64,000 nucleotides of DNA. Source: Trichinella spiralis (taxonomy: Eukaryota). Shown here one piece after another: positions 28,612 to 41,421 of the stretch (position 1 is its first letter; every line of letters begins with the position of its first letter). The stretch lies in assembly GCF_000181795.1 (NCBI RefSeq), contig NW_003526941.1, positions 7,925,954 to 7,989,953 of the forward strand, given 5' to 3'. Under the pieces are notes generated by a model that worked only from the letters and a program-made list of their open reading frames with translations, had not been told where the DNA came from and made no database searches. The translations under genes and the position numbers were made by a program.

Positions 28612-31600
28612 ATGAAATACAGTTTTATCTTCGCTACCTTTATTCTCACACTGTCTGCACCTGGCACCGGTAAGCAGAGCTGTTTGTATAATTTTCATTC
28701 CAAGCTGAACAAGCACAATCAAACAAACTACATCCTTTTCTCAGTCACATATTCAGAATTGAATTGAAAATAAAATTAAAATTCGCCTAATTCCCATCAG
28801 TTTCACTTTCAGCATTTGCCAAACAATGCTGGGATGGCGCAATGCCAATAATGCACTGTGTGGTAGACCAGTGTCCAGGCGGATTCTACTGTGACGACGG
28901 ATTCTGCTGCAGAGAACGGGTGGCCAACTTATCCGTAGAATTAAATCTGGTTGACAAATCAAACATAACTCGCCAAACAAAGCGTCGACCACAAAAAATT
29001 CCTGAATCGTTCAAAGAAGGGACATGCCCACAGATTGACGCATTTCCACAATTGCCAGGTTTGATTGTCTGTGAAAATGACTTTGACTGCGCAGGGCCGT
29101 GGAAATGCTGCTCGACAAGAATAGGCAATTTCTGTTTTGATGTACATGAATCTGCTGAAGTGGACAAACGTGAAACAATTCAAACGAGCAAGTCGCTAGA
29201 CGATGAACTTCCCGTTGTTGGACGTGTTCCATGTTCCATCGACGAAGACTGCATCCCCCCAAGCCGTTGTCGGCCCACTCGAGTCGGCAGGAGGTGCGTT
29301 TCAGCAGAACGTATGTTACATACGTATATATTTGTTATTTGTTGAATCAATACTTTCATTTATTAAAAGAAAAAAGATAACTACAAATTGCATGCTAATT
29401 TTAAGGTAGCGATTATGAAGATGCATGCCCAAAACATGAAGAGTTTGTAAAATGTGCGTCACCTTGTCAAACTGGATGCATCCAAAGAGTCCTTGACAAT
29501 ATTTGTGAAGAAACGTTTTGCCGACCAGGATGTATTTGTCAAAGCGGATATATACGAATGTATCACAATGAATGGAGGTCAAAATGTGTACGTGTTGCGT
29601 ATTGTACGGAAAAAAGAAAAAATTACGGTAAGTAGATACTTACTTTACAAAATATAAAAATTCAACATATAAATTAATTTTTATAAAGAGAAAAAACAAA
29701 CAGTAAGTGAAATCGAATAAATACCTTATCACTAAAAATTGTTCTGTCAAATACAGTTAAGCCAAGCAATGTCTCACCGAGTTCAACGTCGCTTTCGTTA
29801 AAATGCCAAACAAATCTCCACTGCCCATCCGATTATGTTTGTTCAAACGGCGTGTGTGTGATTAGTTCAGCCGAAATTGAAGATTCAGCCAACAAATGGA
29901 CATTGCCTAGCAACACCAAAGAAAATCTACGAGCTTGTCATACAGATTTTGACTGTCCTCAATCTGAGCGATGCAGTCAAACCAGAAATGGAAAACGATG
30001 CATTAGCAAAGGTATCATTAACTCACTTTGCCGCTTTGATAATTTTCAGATCAGAACTTTCAAACTTTTTCTAGACTTTACAACAACAACAACAAGACTT
30101 TGTCCAAATGGTTATTCTGCAGAATCGACTTGCAGTATGGGTGTCTGCCCGATCGGATATACATGTTGGAAAGGACTTTGCTGTGACTCTGTTGCTGATC
30201 GCTATACAAGCAAAAATCGATGCCCACCGATTGGACCGGGTACACCTCGAGGTCGTTTGCATCTTTGCGATTCAGACGATGATTGTGTTTTAAATGAACA
30301 CTGTTGCTTGACTGCCACCGGAAGACAATGCCTCAGTCTTGGAGATGGTGATCACACAACAAGTAAGCTTTACCTAGCACAAGAAAATAACTCTCTTTTG
30401 CCATTCATGCTAACCTGAAATCCAGCTTGCATCACCGGCATACATTTCAATTGCGTTAACACATAACAAACCTTCAACTAAACACCACTAAACCCTCTCA
30501 TTCGGCAGCAATATCGTCAAATTGACAGATCAGAAACACCTTAAAAATATTTAGAAATTTAACGCACAAAAAAAATACTTATAGAGTTTGAACTTCAGTC
30601 GACAAATCATGATTAGCATCACTACTTTATGCTTCCTTCATTTCTGATATTACGTGAAATTGACTTCTTCGCCAGTGTTATCAACCTGTACACTTAGGAA
30701 ATATACAAAAATGTCCAGACGGATCTGAATCGACATATACGTGCTACAAGGGATCGTGTCCGGAAAACTTAATTTGCATTGAGAATATGTGCTGTCCAAT
30801 AAAAGCGACCTCAACTGATGCATGTCCAGAGACTGGTGCCGCAGTATTTGATTGGCAAAAGCCAACGAGAGATCAATGCGAAAACGACTTCGATTGCACA
30901 GATTACGGGAAAAAATGCTGCCCAACACGAGCCGGAAAAAGATGCCTAGTATCATTACACAATAATTCATAACTACCATCATAACAATGCGAAAACTGTC
31001 TGAGAGCTGAAAAATTTGCCACTGTAATTGTTGTATTTAAGAAAAAAAAAATTTCTTTTAACACGAACGATTTTAACTTGTAAACAATCTAAATTAAAAG
31101 CTCAATCTAACAGAAATATTAAAAATATTTAACAATTTAGCATTGAAAAGAAGCTACTTATTCTTTATTTATAAGAGGGGAAAAATCATCATTACTGAGA
31201 AGAATGCTTGATTTGATGTTTATATTTACAAATAAAGGCTAATATGGCATTGCAATTCATAGGCATGACAGAAAGGCTTTCTGCGTGTTCAGATGGCTTG
31301 CAACCACTCTACAAGTGTCCAGCCACTGGCTGCCCTAGAGGTTACTTTTGTGAAAATGGAGGATGTTGTCGCAGATTGGTCTCACAGTATCATAAAAGTG
31401 ACAGTTGCCCAACAGTACAGGACGAAGATCGTTCGAAAATTCTGCAGAGTTGCTTAATCAACAGTGACTGTCATGACAACGAATACTGTTGCCAAGGAAA
31501 ATGCGTTCGTGCTACAAAGAAGCATGCAAGTAAGCGAACTATTCGAGAAAAGTGATCTCAACTGTACAGTAATATCATGCACAGTTTTACGCCAGTTAAT

Positions 31601-32195
31601 TTTCACATTGCCACAAGCAACAAATAAAACACAGTATATAATGCTTGCGTCTTGTTTCAGATGTAAATGACTTAAATTTAAATAAGAAAACATGAAACAT
31701 GAGATCACGCAAATTTAAATTAAAAAAATGTTTACAATCATAGTAAATAATTTCACTGCTGTAATGAATAATTATAAATAATGTTGCATTCAACATCATT
31801 CTGCAACATCTAAGCTTACACCAATACCAACTAACGCAATAATACAATCCGATCGAGCAGCTTTTACAGTAATGAAGAAGAAAAAATCACAAATTATGCT
31901 AAAATTAAATTACGATAGCAATTACTAATTGAAACCAACGTAAAAAAGCGAAACTATAAACTTCCTCCTCAACTGCTAACCTTGAACTTAATGCATTTTG
32001 TAAAAACTGAATATTTCAAAAACTTTTCCGTGTCATTAATTTTAATAATAAAAAAGCCTCTTTCTAGATGGTTACTGTCCAAAGTTTATACCAGTTCGTC
32101 TGCGCACACTTCTGTTTTGTGACAATGATTCTCAATGTCCGCTTTCTTTGAAGTGTTGCAAAATTGCCAAAAGAAAACTCTGCGTCAGAATTTAA
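28612..32195 (+). CDS. Secreted cysteine-rich mosaic protein: lustrin/EB-like 6-Cys repeats, WAP-like modules and one TIL inhibitor domain
   Basis: Signal peptide MKYSFIFATFILTLSAPGT; repeated C-x-x-G...C....CP.G..C..G.CC and CP...C..D.DC....KCC modules; 10-Cys TIL exon 29406-29627; phase-1 introns. The 3' structure is ambiguous (see findings). Confidence 0.8.
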
Positions 32196-33943
32196 TAAAA
32201 GCATAACAAAAAAAAAGAAGAGAAACCTCAACCGTCCCTATTAGCTATTGAAAGCGGAAAAAAGTTAAAGCAAAAGAAATTACTATTTTGTTAATGAAAT
32301 GCAATCAAAATGGATGCGTGACAGGATTAATACACTGAACACCGTTGAAAATGGAATCTGCTTATACATTACACGGCCAAATATACAACACAATACCTGT
32401 TGAATGTAATTTGGTTTCATGGCGATCAACAAACTATAAATTCTATGAAATCTTATTCATTAACATTCTTCAACATGCCTCAGCAAAGTGATGCTTTAAC
32501 GTTATTTACAAAATGATAATAGTAAATTCTTAACAATGACATGTTTTCAATTCAAATATTTCTTACTGAAACAGAACTTTCAACATGTTGTTCATAATCT
32601 ATGCAAATTTATCTTCTATTAATTGCGAAAACAAGCAGCTTAGAAGAGCATCAGTGAATCTGAAATATAAACAACAACTGCGCATGAAAATAATTATTCA
32701 TTTATCATTTTCACGTTTCATAATTATAATAATTCATATAATGAACTTATATTTTAAAAAAAATCATAATCTCAATGCTCCCTATTCATTTGCACTACTT
32801 TTAGTCATGCTAAGTAAATATTACGCAAGCAGACATTGCACAATCGTTTGAGGTGAAAATTTCATTTCAACAACACACTTGAATTCAATATTCCGCCTAT
32901 TAGATGTGCTATAAAAGTTCAATTAGAACGCGCGCAATAATAATTCAATGCTAACTTCGGTGCAAAAACTTATACTAAAGAATGGCAATTAGTGGCGAGA
33001 AAAAAGTCTCAAAGTTTTGTTTACTTTTTTAAGCTAACACTTTCCAACGCAACCCAGTAACCAGCGGTTTCGTGTGATATTTCGCGCTTTGCCACAGAAG
33101 GTCACTATTATGGTACGCCTGTGCAGTCTTCTTTGTCTACAGCTTGTTCTTTTTCAAGATTTTTCTCACATATAAAAAACCATATTCAATTCACTGAAAT
33201 TAACTCTTCAATACCACATTTGTAGTATTTACCAAAAAATACATACTATAAAATAAAGTAAAAAATAACTAATTTCATTCTTATTCTGAAACCAGCTCAT
33301 CACGAATTGAAATATTCCTCAACAAGAGCATTAAACTACTTGCTGCATTCATCGTTATGCATACTTAGACGATGTTAACCGTGACCGATTGTTGTTATAG
33401 TTATATAGACAATGATGATTCGATTAAATTAGAGATCAAATATTCATGCAAATTTTCGTTCATCTTCAGTACAGAATATGAAAGTGCCTTTTAAACGATC
33501 AATCAACAAAAAGTACAACATTTCTTACCTCATCTTGTGCCGACTAGTGTTGACTACGCGAACCATGCATTGGCAAGCATCGAAATGAAGAAGAGTAACA
33601 TTTCAGTGTATAAAAGAACAAGATCAGCCGCTTAACAGTGCAACGTCTGTAACTCACCAGATTGCTACTTCTAAAATGCAAAAAATGCAACATACCTGAA
33701 CTTCGAAATGAGCTACAGTACACTTAAGTAATTTCAAGTTGCAAATTTAAAAGTTGATACGTCAAGTATTATGTTTAATTTCAAAAATACCAAAAAATTT
33801 AACTAATAACAAATAATTCCTCACAACACAGGAGCATGTAAAGGAAAATAAAAATGCTCAATACAAAAGATTTCAATAAAAACCCTCATCAGTGATCAGA
33901 CTTCGTTTGAAATTTGTAAAATAAATTCAAATTAATATGATAA

Positions 33944-33945
<2 letters not shown>

Positions 33946-33974
<29 letters not shown>
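33946..33974. repeat. (TA)n microsatellite
   Basis: Directly visible. Confidence 0.9.
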
Positions 33975-34976
33975 ACCTGTGATCACCTGCTCAAAAGTAT
34001 TTTCCCAACTTTTTTGAAGAAGGTATCATCAGTTAATTTATTGATGAAATATTACCGTAACGGGAGTTCAAAGTTCAAAAAAGAAAAACCAACAATAATT
34101 TTAAAAAAACAGGAAATTTTTCACCTACGTACTAAAAAAGAAAAAGAATTATTATTCAATATCTTAAAAATTTTTCCCTATTTTACGGAGTTAGAGAAAA
34201 TAATAATGTTAATAATAAAAAAATAGAAAAAAGAAACTGCAACAACAACAACTACTACAACAACAACAATGCTGTCCGGTAAATCGTTGCTATTATGGGG
34301 CACTTGTTTTCCAGCAGCTGAATGGGGAGACCGTCACCGAAATTTCAGCCGAGCCAGACACGCTGCGAGCTGGCTTGCAAGCTGCGAGAGCGAAACGACC
34401 CATTTCCTGTAAACTGGGTTGCCAAGGTCAGTGACACATCCAGCCACTTGCATTTTGCATCACTTTTCAACTTTCAAACGTCAGTCTCTGACTGAGCTGC
34501 CTCAGTAGCCGCCCATTATAATACAAAAGTTTTGTTTTTTTAAATAAATAAATATATATATATATGCTTGTCTGCCTCCATGACATCATCATCACCAGTA
34601 AGCATGTAATTTGTGCATGCGAACACACACAAACGATTGCGTAAATGAAAATAAATAACTCCAACACAAATATTTTAATAGCTGGCTGAGCTATTGTGCC
34701 CATTGATCATAGCTGGGCTGTTGTAATGCATGCTGATGGAGTTAGACAATTTGCATGTGAAAGGCCGCCTCGACCGATTAGCTGAACAGATTAATTTGGC
34801 GGTCCTATCTTGCGGCCAAGTGAAAAATTGCCCAACTCGCCTGAAATTACGATTCGGCTCATCTCGACATCAAAGTAGTCAAAGTTGTTGGTAAGCTATA
34901 CACACACAAGTTCACTCGCCATTGCAGGCTGAAGGAATTTCACTTTTTTATAAATAATTTTTTTTTCAAGTTCGTC

Positions 34977-37900
34977 ATGGGAAAGTGCTGCAAGCTGGAC
35001 TGCTTGGAACGTCGGCTGAGTTTATTTTTTTCCGTCTACGCCCGTTTTGTCAGTCGACATCCGTGGCCATTTATCGTGTTTCCACTATTGCTCAACGTCG
35101 CCCTTTCCATTGGTCTGCTTTACATGAACGAAATTACCGACGCCACATATTTATACACGCCCACCAACGCCCGGTCAAAATATGAACGCGAGGTGATACA
35201 CCAAAAATGGCCCCTACTGGATGGCAACTATGTCGCAGGACATACAATTACCTCATTAAGAGAATGTCAGTCCATCGTCAGTGCCAGAGATGGTGGCAAT
35301 ATTTTACGGTAAAATTTTCTCATTCTCAATTTTTATCATGGTTTAACAAATTAAGATGAAAAAAACAACAACAATAATTTTTCAATTAAATTCAATTAAG
35401 GAATATACTTGGAGTATTTTCTTCCAAATCATTCACCGGTAGTCAGTTTGAAATGCATATTCCATCAGTGTTATTGAACTTTCTTGTGAAAATGTCATCA
35501 AAACTAAGACACACCAAAAGTTACACTGAGCACAGTGAAAATGCACAGATAAATGCAATAATTTTAAATATATGCTTTTTCTTGATTTAACTAGTGTGAA
35601 TGCATGTGTGCAAAACTTGAAATGCATAATATACTGAAGCTAACACGCATGAGCAGAAATTTCATGGAAATTTGCTTTTGTTTATTTCACGCCTCAGGCA
35701 AGTCCGAATCGACCTCGCATACAATAGGCATGTTTTCTTCATCAGGGGAATTTGAAATATCACATAGCAGTCAATGACATTCACAATATTACAATGATGA
35801 AGAAATAATAATAATAAAAAACAACGTATGGTACTTTTCAATAAGAGAACAAAAAATTAAAACTTGTCACTAGCATTACTAACAACAACAACAAGTCAAC
35901 AGATCAATATCATCCATCCATTTTTGAAAGCAAATAATAATACTGACATTTCTTTTAAATAAATAAAAATAAGCATATTAATTTTTTTTTGAATAAAATC
36001 GTGCGTGAATAGAATGAGCGTGAAAATTTCACATTTGAACATTAAGACCAAATTAGTGAAAATTAGTAGTAGTGAGTGGGTGTGAAATTCAGAGTAGCTG
36101 CTGCATTCTTCAGCATCATCTACATTTCCTGGTTTAAAAACCTTGATAAGGGTTCGTTTCACTACAAAATTTTACGCTCACAATGAACAACTTGATTTTA
36201 AAGTTTCATTTACAATACTGATGAAAAAGAAGAAAAATGAAAAATCAGTTCAACTGATTATCAACTATGAATAGATAGAAAATTCTAATAATCATTTTCA
36301 TTAATGATAATATTTAGTTTGTGGAACAAATTAATTTTGTTTCAGTAAATTATACAAAAAAAATATTACATGCTCATATTGAATGGAAGAAATATACGCA
36401 GAAAATATCAGTTGATATGCTTGTTGTAAAAGTGACACAAGTGAAAAAGGGAAGAAAAACAGATGCACCACAACTGAATACTTTCAAGCACAGTGGCTAC
36501 ATAATTGAAATGGGTCATCGTTGACGACTGTTGTAAAATACCGTTTGACGACTAATACCCGATTCATTTTAAGGCCCTGCCTCGCTTTGACAATTTACCA
36601 AACTTTCAGTCTATTCACAATTTGCTGAACTGATCTAATAAAATAAGCTAAACAGTTTGAACTGGTTAAATATATATATGGTAGTTTTTTTTTCATCAAA
36701 ACCTTTCAAATTTAAATTTTTTCAAATAATCAACTGAGAGAGAGTAAACTTGGATTATTTTCATTCGGAAAAAGAAAACCGGATGCTAACTGATGGGACA
36801 ATAGAAAATTTTGACTGGAACAATAGTTTCTGCCTTGTGTGCAACAGATCTCGAGAGATTAATTTTCCGATCCAATTCAAGCATCGATGTAGGTTAGGTG
36901 AGTTGAGTCTGCTTTCATGAATTCACCAATTCTTTCTACTATATTCCAGTTCGTTGAAGTGCATACATAATATATACATACGTATGTTTATAACTAGACA
37001 ACAATTATGAATTTGCACTACCATTTTGGAATTCGAATATGGAACATCTAATCCATTTCTTTTTTCTCCATTTCTCCAGTTGTATACTATCCGCTTAATA
37101 GAGCAATCAATTGGCATTTTCATGATTAAATCGTTTTTTAGAAACAACTCATTCTCAATATGGACAATATGAGAAAAAATTCTGTTAAATATCGTTGAAA
37201 ATGTTTATTATAGGGCTGAATACGCAGAAGCAGTGAACCGGTTGAACTTGTACATCATAAGTCATGTTCACGTCCGCTATCGAAATCGCACATGGAATTA
37301 CATGGATCTGTGCCTACACTGGGAAGATTCTTGTTTCACAAACCCCCAACTCGGAATTATCAATACTGTATATCAAAATCGAGGTCGAATTATGTTCAAT
37401 CTTACCTATCCAATCACCAGACTCGGCTCACAGTCAATATACCTGGGAAGCAGTTTGGGCGGCGTGTTAATCAATGAATTTGGTCATATTGAAACTGCCA
37501 AAGCGTGGATGCTGATTTATCAGCTTCAGTTCTATCCGGACAATACTAGCTATGTCAGTGGACTTTGGGAAAAGGAGTTCCAACGAGCTTTGCTCAGTTA
37601 CAACGATCCGTTAATTCACATCACAGCATTTCATTCACAAACTTTGGACGATGAACTGGAACGCAACGCGGACCATCTGACCCCGCGATTTGCCCTCTGC
37701 TTTCTTATATTATTAATTTTTGCCATTTTTTGTACGCTTTGCTTCATCGACGGGACCGCTTACATCGACTGGGGACAAAGTAAACCTATATTAGCTTTAG
37801 TTGGAGTAATCAGTGCCGGTATTGGAGTCTCATCGGCTGTCGGCATGATGAATCTGTGCGGTATGATTTATACACAAATTGTTGCCGTCATGCCCTTCCT

Positions 37901-40712
37901 AATTGTGTGTATGTTATCATTGTTCTATTTTTCACTTAAACTACTTTAAGAATTTTTTCTGTATTTAAGCTGTACGTTTGGATAATACTTTCCTAATGAT
38001 CTCCGCGATACGTCTCACGTCGCGCAACTTACCTGTAGAAGAACGTATGGGTCAAGCAATGTCTGAAGCAGCCGTATCGATCACGATCACCGTACTGACG
38101 GATGTGTTCAGCTTCGCACTGGGAATTTTGACCAACATCCCAGCAGTGCAAATTTTCTGCGCCTACACTACTGCCGCCATAATGACAACATTCTTCAATC
38201 AGCTGACAATAATGATGGCTGTACTTGTGATTACCCTAAGGATGGAGAAAAATAATTTAAACTGCCTTTTTGTATGTCTAGAAACAAAAACTTACAAAAA
38301 AGATAATCCTAGTAAGTGCACGATGCATTATTTCACAAATTTCGTCTTTAAGTTGTCATATTTCAGCAGCTTCACCTATGCTATAGCGAAATTATTGCTA
38401 CATTATTTAAATCACATACTACATAGCTCTTTTGAAAAAGAAAGGAAATACATTATGAACAGAAATGTTAATTTGAACATGATTATCAATTGATACTGTA
38501 ATATTTTATTCATGCACAGATTTGAATTCTTATTTCATTTTTAAGCAAAAGGCAAAGAGAAAAAGAAAATACAAATTGTACATATTTCAGAGTCACAAAA
38601 CTTTTTTACCCGTATGTTCATGCTTGGTTCAAAAGTGGAAGGAAATACGAGTGCCGCAAGAACTACTGAACCAGAGCGAGGTTTGATACAGGTCATTTTT
38701 GAAGACTGGTACGCACCTATATTGATGCATCCGGTAATGCGAACGGTTGTTCTTGTCTGGTTTGTTCTCTATCTTGGCCTGAGCATTTGGTTTTGTTCCA
38801 ATGTACGAGAAGGACTCGAGCCGGTCAATTTGCTCGTATCTGACTCTTATGCCATTCCACACTACCGTGCTCTAGAAAAGTATTTCTTTTCCTTGTTAAT
38901 CAATAAATAAAATAAAATAAATAATTTAATTTGAGGTATTTCTGGAAATATGGTACTGAAGTGCAGGTTGTGGTGAACAATCCATCAGATTTATCAAATG
39001 CTGGAGAGAGGATAAAAATAGCAGGGGTGGTGCGAGCATTTGCCGAATCACCGCATGGTATGGGCTTGGATAGTGTGCAGTTCTGGTTGTTCGAATTCGA
39101 ACGTTTCCTCCTCAATGACGACGAAAAGCGCAACATCGACTTCCTGTCGCCGAAAGAATTCTACGAGTCGCTACGTGATTTTCTCATGCTCAGCACATAC
39201 GATCGCTTCAGGTAACTCTTTTCAACCTACGCATAAAAAGAACAGCAACGATGAAGAATATTTTTTTTCTGTTATTTTTCAGACTGGATGTATTGTGGAA
39301 TGAAGATGGAACAGCAGATCAAAATATGAATCCAATCAAATCTTATCGTTTCTACATCGGCGTGAAAGATTTCACCAATTCTGTGAAACAAACCCAAGCA
39401 GTGCAAAAATTACGCGCCGTGGCAGATCATTTCCCCGACTACAACATCACGACATTCAACCCAATCTGGCTATTCGTCGATCAGTATCAGGAAATACTTC
39501 CAAACGTTTTACAAGAAGTGATCGCTGGAATCTCGGTGATGGTACTGATCGCACTGTTAATGATTCCACATCCATGTTGCAGTTTTTGGGTGGCGATCAC
39601 TATTGCTTCGATTGATATTGGTGTGGTTGGTCTGATGACTGTATGGGGTATAAATTTGGATACGGTATCGATGATTACAATCATCATGAGCATCGGCTTC
39701 TCAGTTGACTTTTCTGCGCACATCGCGCACGCATTTGTCGTCAGCGACTGCAAATCATCAACAGAGCGTGCCAAAAGAGCCGTATCACGCATGGCTTGGC
39801 CAGTTATTCAAGTAAGCGTTTCTTTTTTCTCTTCTTAAAAATACACATATATTTGAAAAATCTGCTTAACCAGAAAAGTTGTTGTAACAAGTAACCTTGT
39901 GGAAAAAACATCTTTCTCTGATTTTTATTGTTTTGCTTGTCAACATAGCTAAAGTTGAGCTAAAGAGAACAAAAAAAACTCAAACTACAATCAATCGCCT
40001 TTTCTTTCAGGGCGGTGTGTCCACAATACTGGGAGTGGTGGTGCTTTCCAATCTGGACTCTTACATGGTGTTGGCTTTTTTCAAAACAGTCCTGTTAGTG
40101 ATCATGTTGGGCATGCTGCACGCGATCGTTTTTCTGCCGGTATTGCTCAGTTTGTTCGTGCACAACGGATCATCAATATGTTGTGGTCGAAAAACAAATG
40201 CCAACAACAACAACAACAACAATTCAGCTTCCAAACTAAGTCACATTCCACAGTCGGTCACTTTGAACGTGCAGCCATTTCAGCAGTCAACAATGAAACA
40301 CCACCATCGCCAATCACTGGCCAAGCATCGGCAAAAGACAACACCTCTGCATCATCTGCCACCGGCAAGCATGCAACTGCGTCCAGAGCACGAATACGAG
40401 TCCATCCATCAGTATGCCATCAACTGGAAAGTGCCGAACTTGTACGCACCAGGGCCACTTGCCCACTGCCAATCGACAACATCAGTCAATGCTAACAACA
40501 AACCAAGCGAAATACTACTACGGCCCCGTGTAGCTAATTACATTCCAGATCCGACAAACACAACAGATTACGGTACGCTCACGTCATCCTCCGCGGGCTC
40601 ATCGCCCGCTTGGATCGATTGGACTCAACGTACTGGTCGAATGGCCAGAATGCAACCGACCGAAATTACAACGATGGAACCATTGAACCTCAGTCTTAAA
40701 ACGACTCGGTGA
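34977..40712 (+). CDS. Patched-related (PTR/PTCHD-like) sterol-sensing-domain membrane protein, multi-exon
   Basis: HPWPFIVFP, YTPTNARSKYER, sterol-sensing domain (SKPILALVG, MPFLIV, EAAVSITITVLTD, PAVQIFC), second half SIGFSVDFSAH, FFKTVLLV, HAIVFLPVLL; low-complexity C tail. Confidence 0.93.
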
Positions 40713-41421
40713 ATCTCATTTTCTTCTCCTTCTCCTTCTTCTTCTTCTTCTTCGTTTTTTTTGGTTTTATTATACTGTTTGTTTTATCAACTGTGAACTG
40801 CTGCTTGTAAGACAGTGAACATCTTAGTACCGGTCTTAGTGTGATAAGAAACATTCGTCGGATGTGATGTGAAATTATTTGAAGAAGTTTTTGCAAACAG
40901 AGAAAGAAGAGATGAAAATGGAAAGTCGATTTTTACCTAATTTTGTTAAATAAATAGTTACACATAAGACGAGTGGTGTTGAAACGATTTTGAAAGAGAA
41001 AGCACAACTGCAAAGAATCCGCAGGCATACATACAACATACGTGTCGCATTGGCACAAAACAACGTGATGTGATGAACTGAACTCTGAGAACGAACACTT
41101 CAAATCTCACATATGCGTATCATTTGGTATTCTTCACAGAATACTAATAAATAAAGGTCATATTTTTTTGTAACTATCCAAAAGAAATGCAATATATGAA
41201 AAACAACAAAAATGGCAATAATAATAGTGAGAAAAATGAGTTGGAAAACAAATACCCCACCTCTCTTTTCTCCTGAGCACACAGACACAAATACACAGGC
41301 CGTGATAACTGAACGAAACTCGAATAAATATGATCATTAATTACCTTGACAAGATGATTGTAATAACACGAAAAAGTGACCAACTGGGATGCCGGTTGGC
41401 CAACAGCAAACAGTTGACGAG

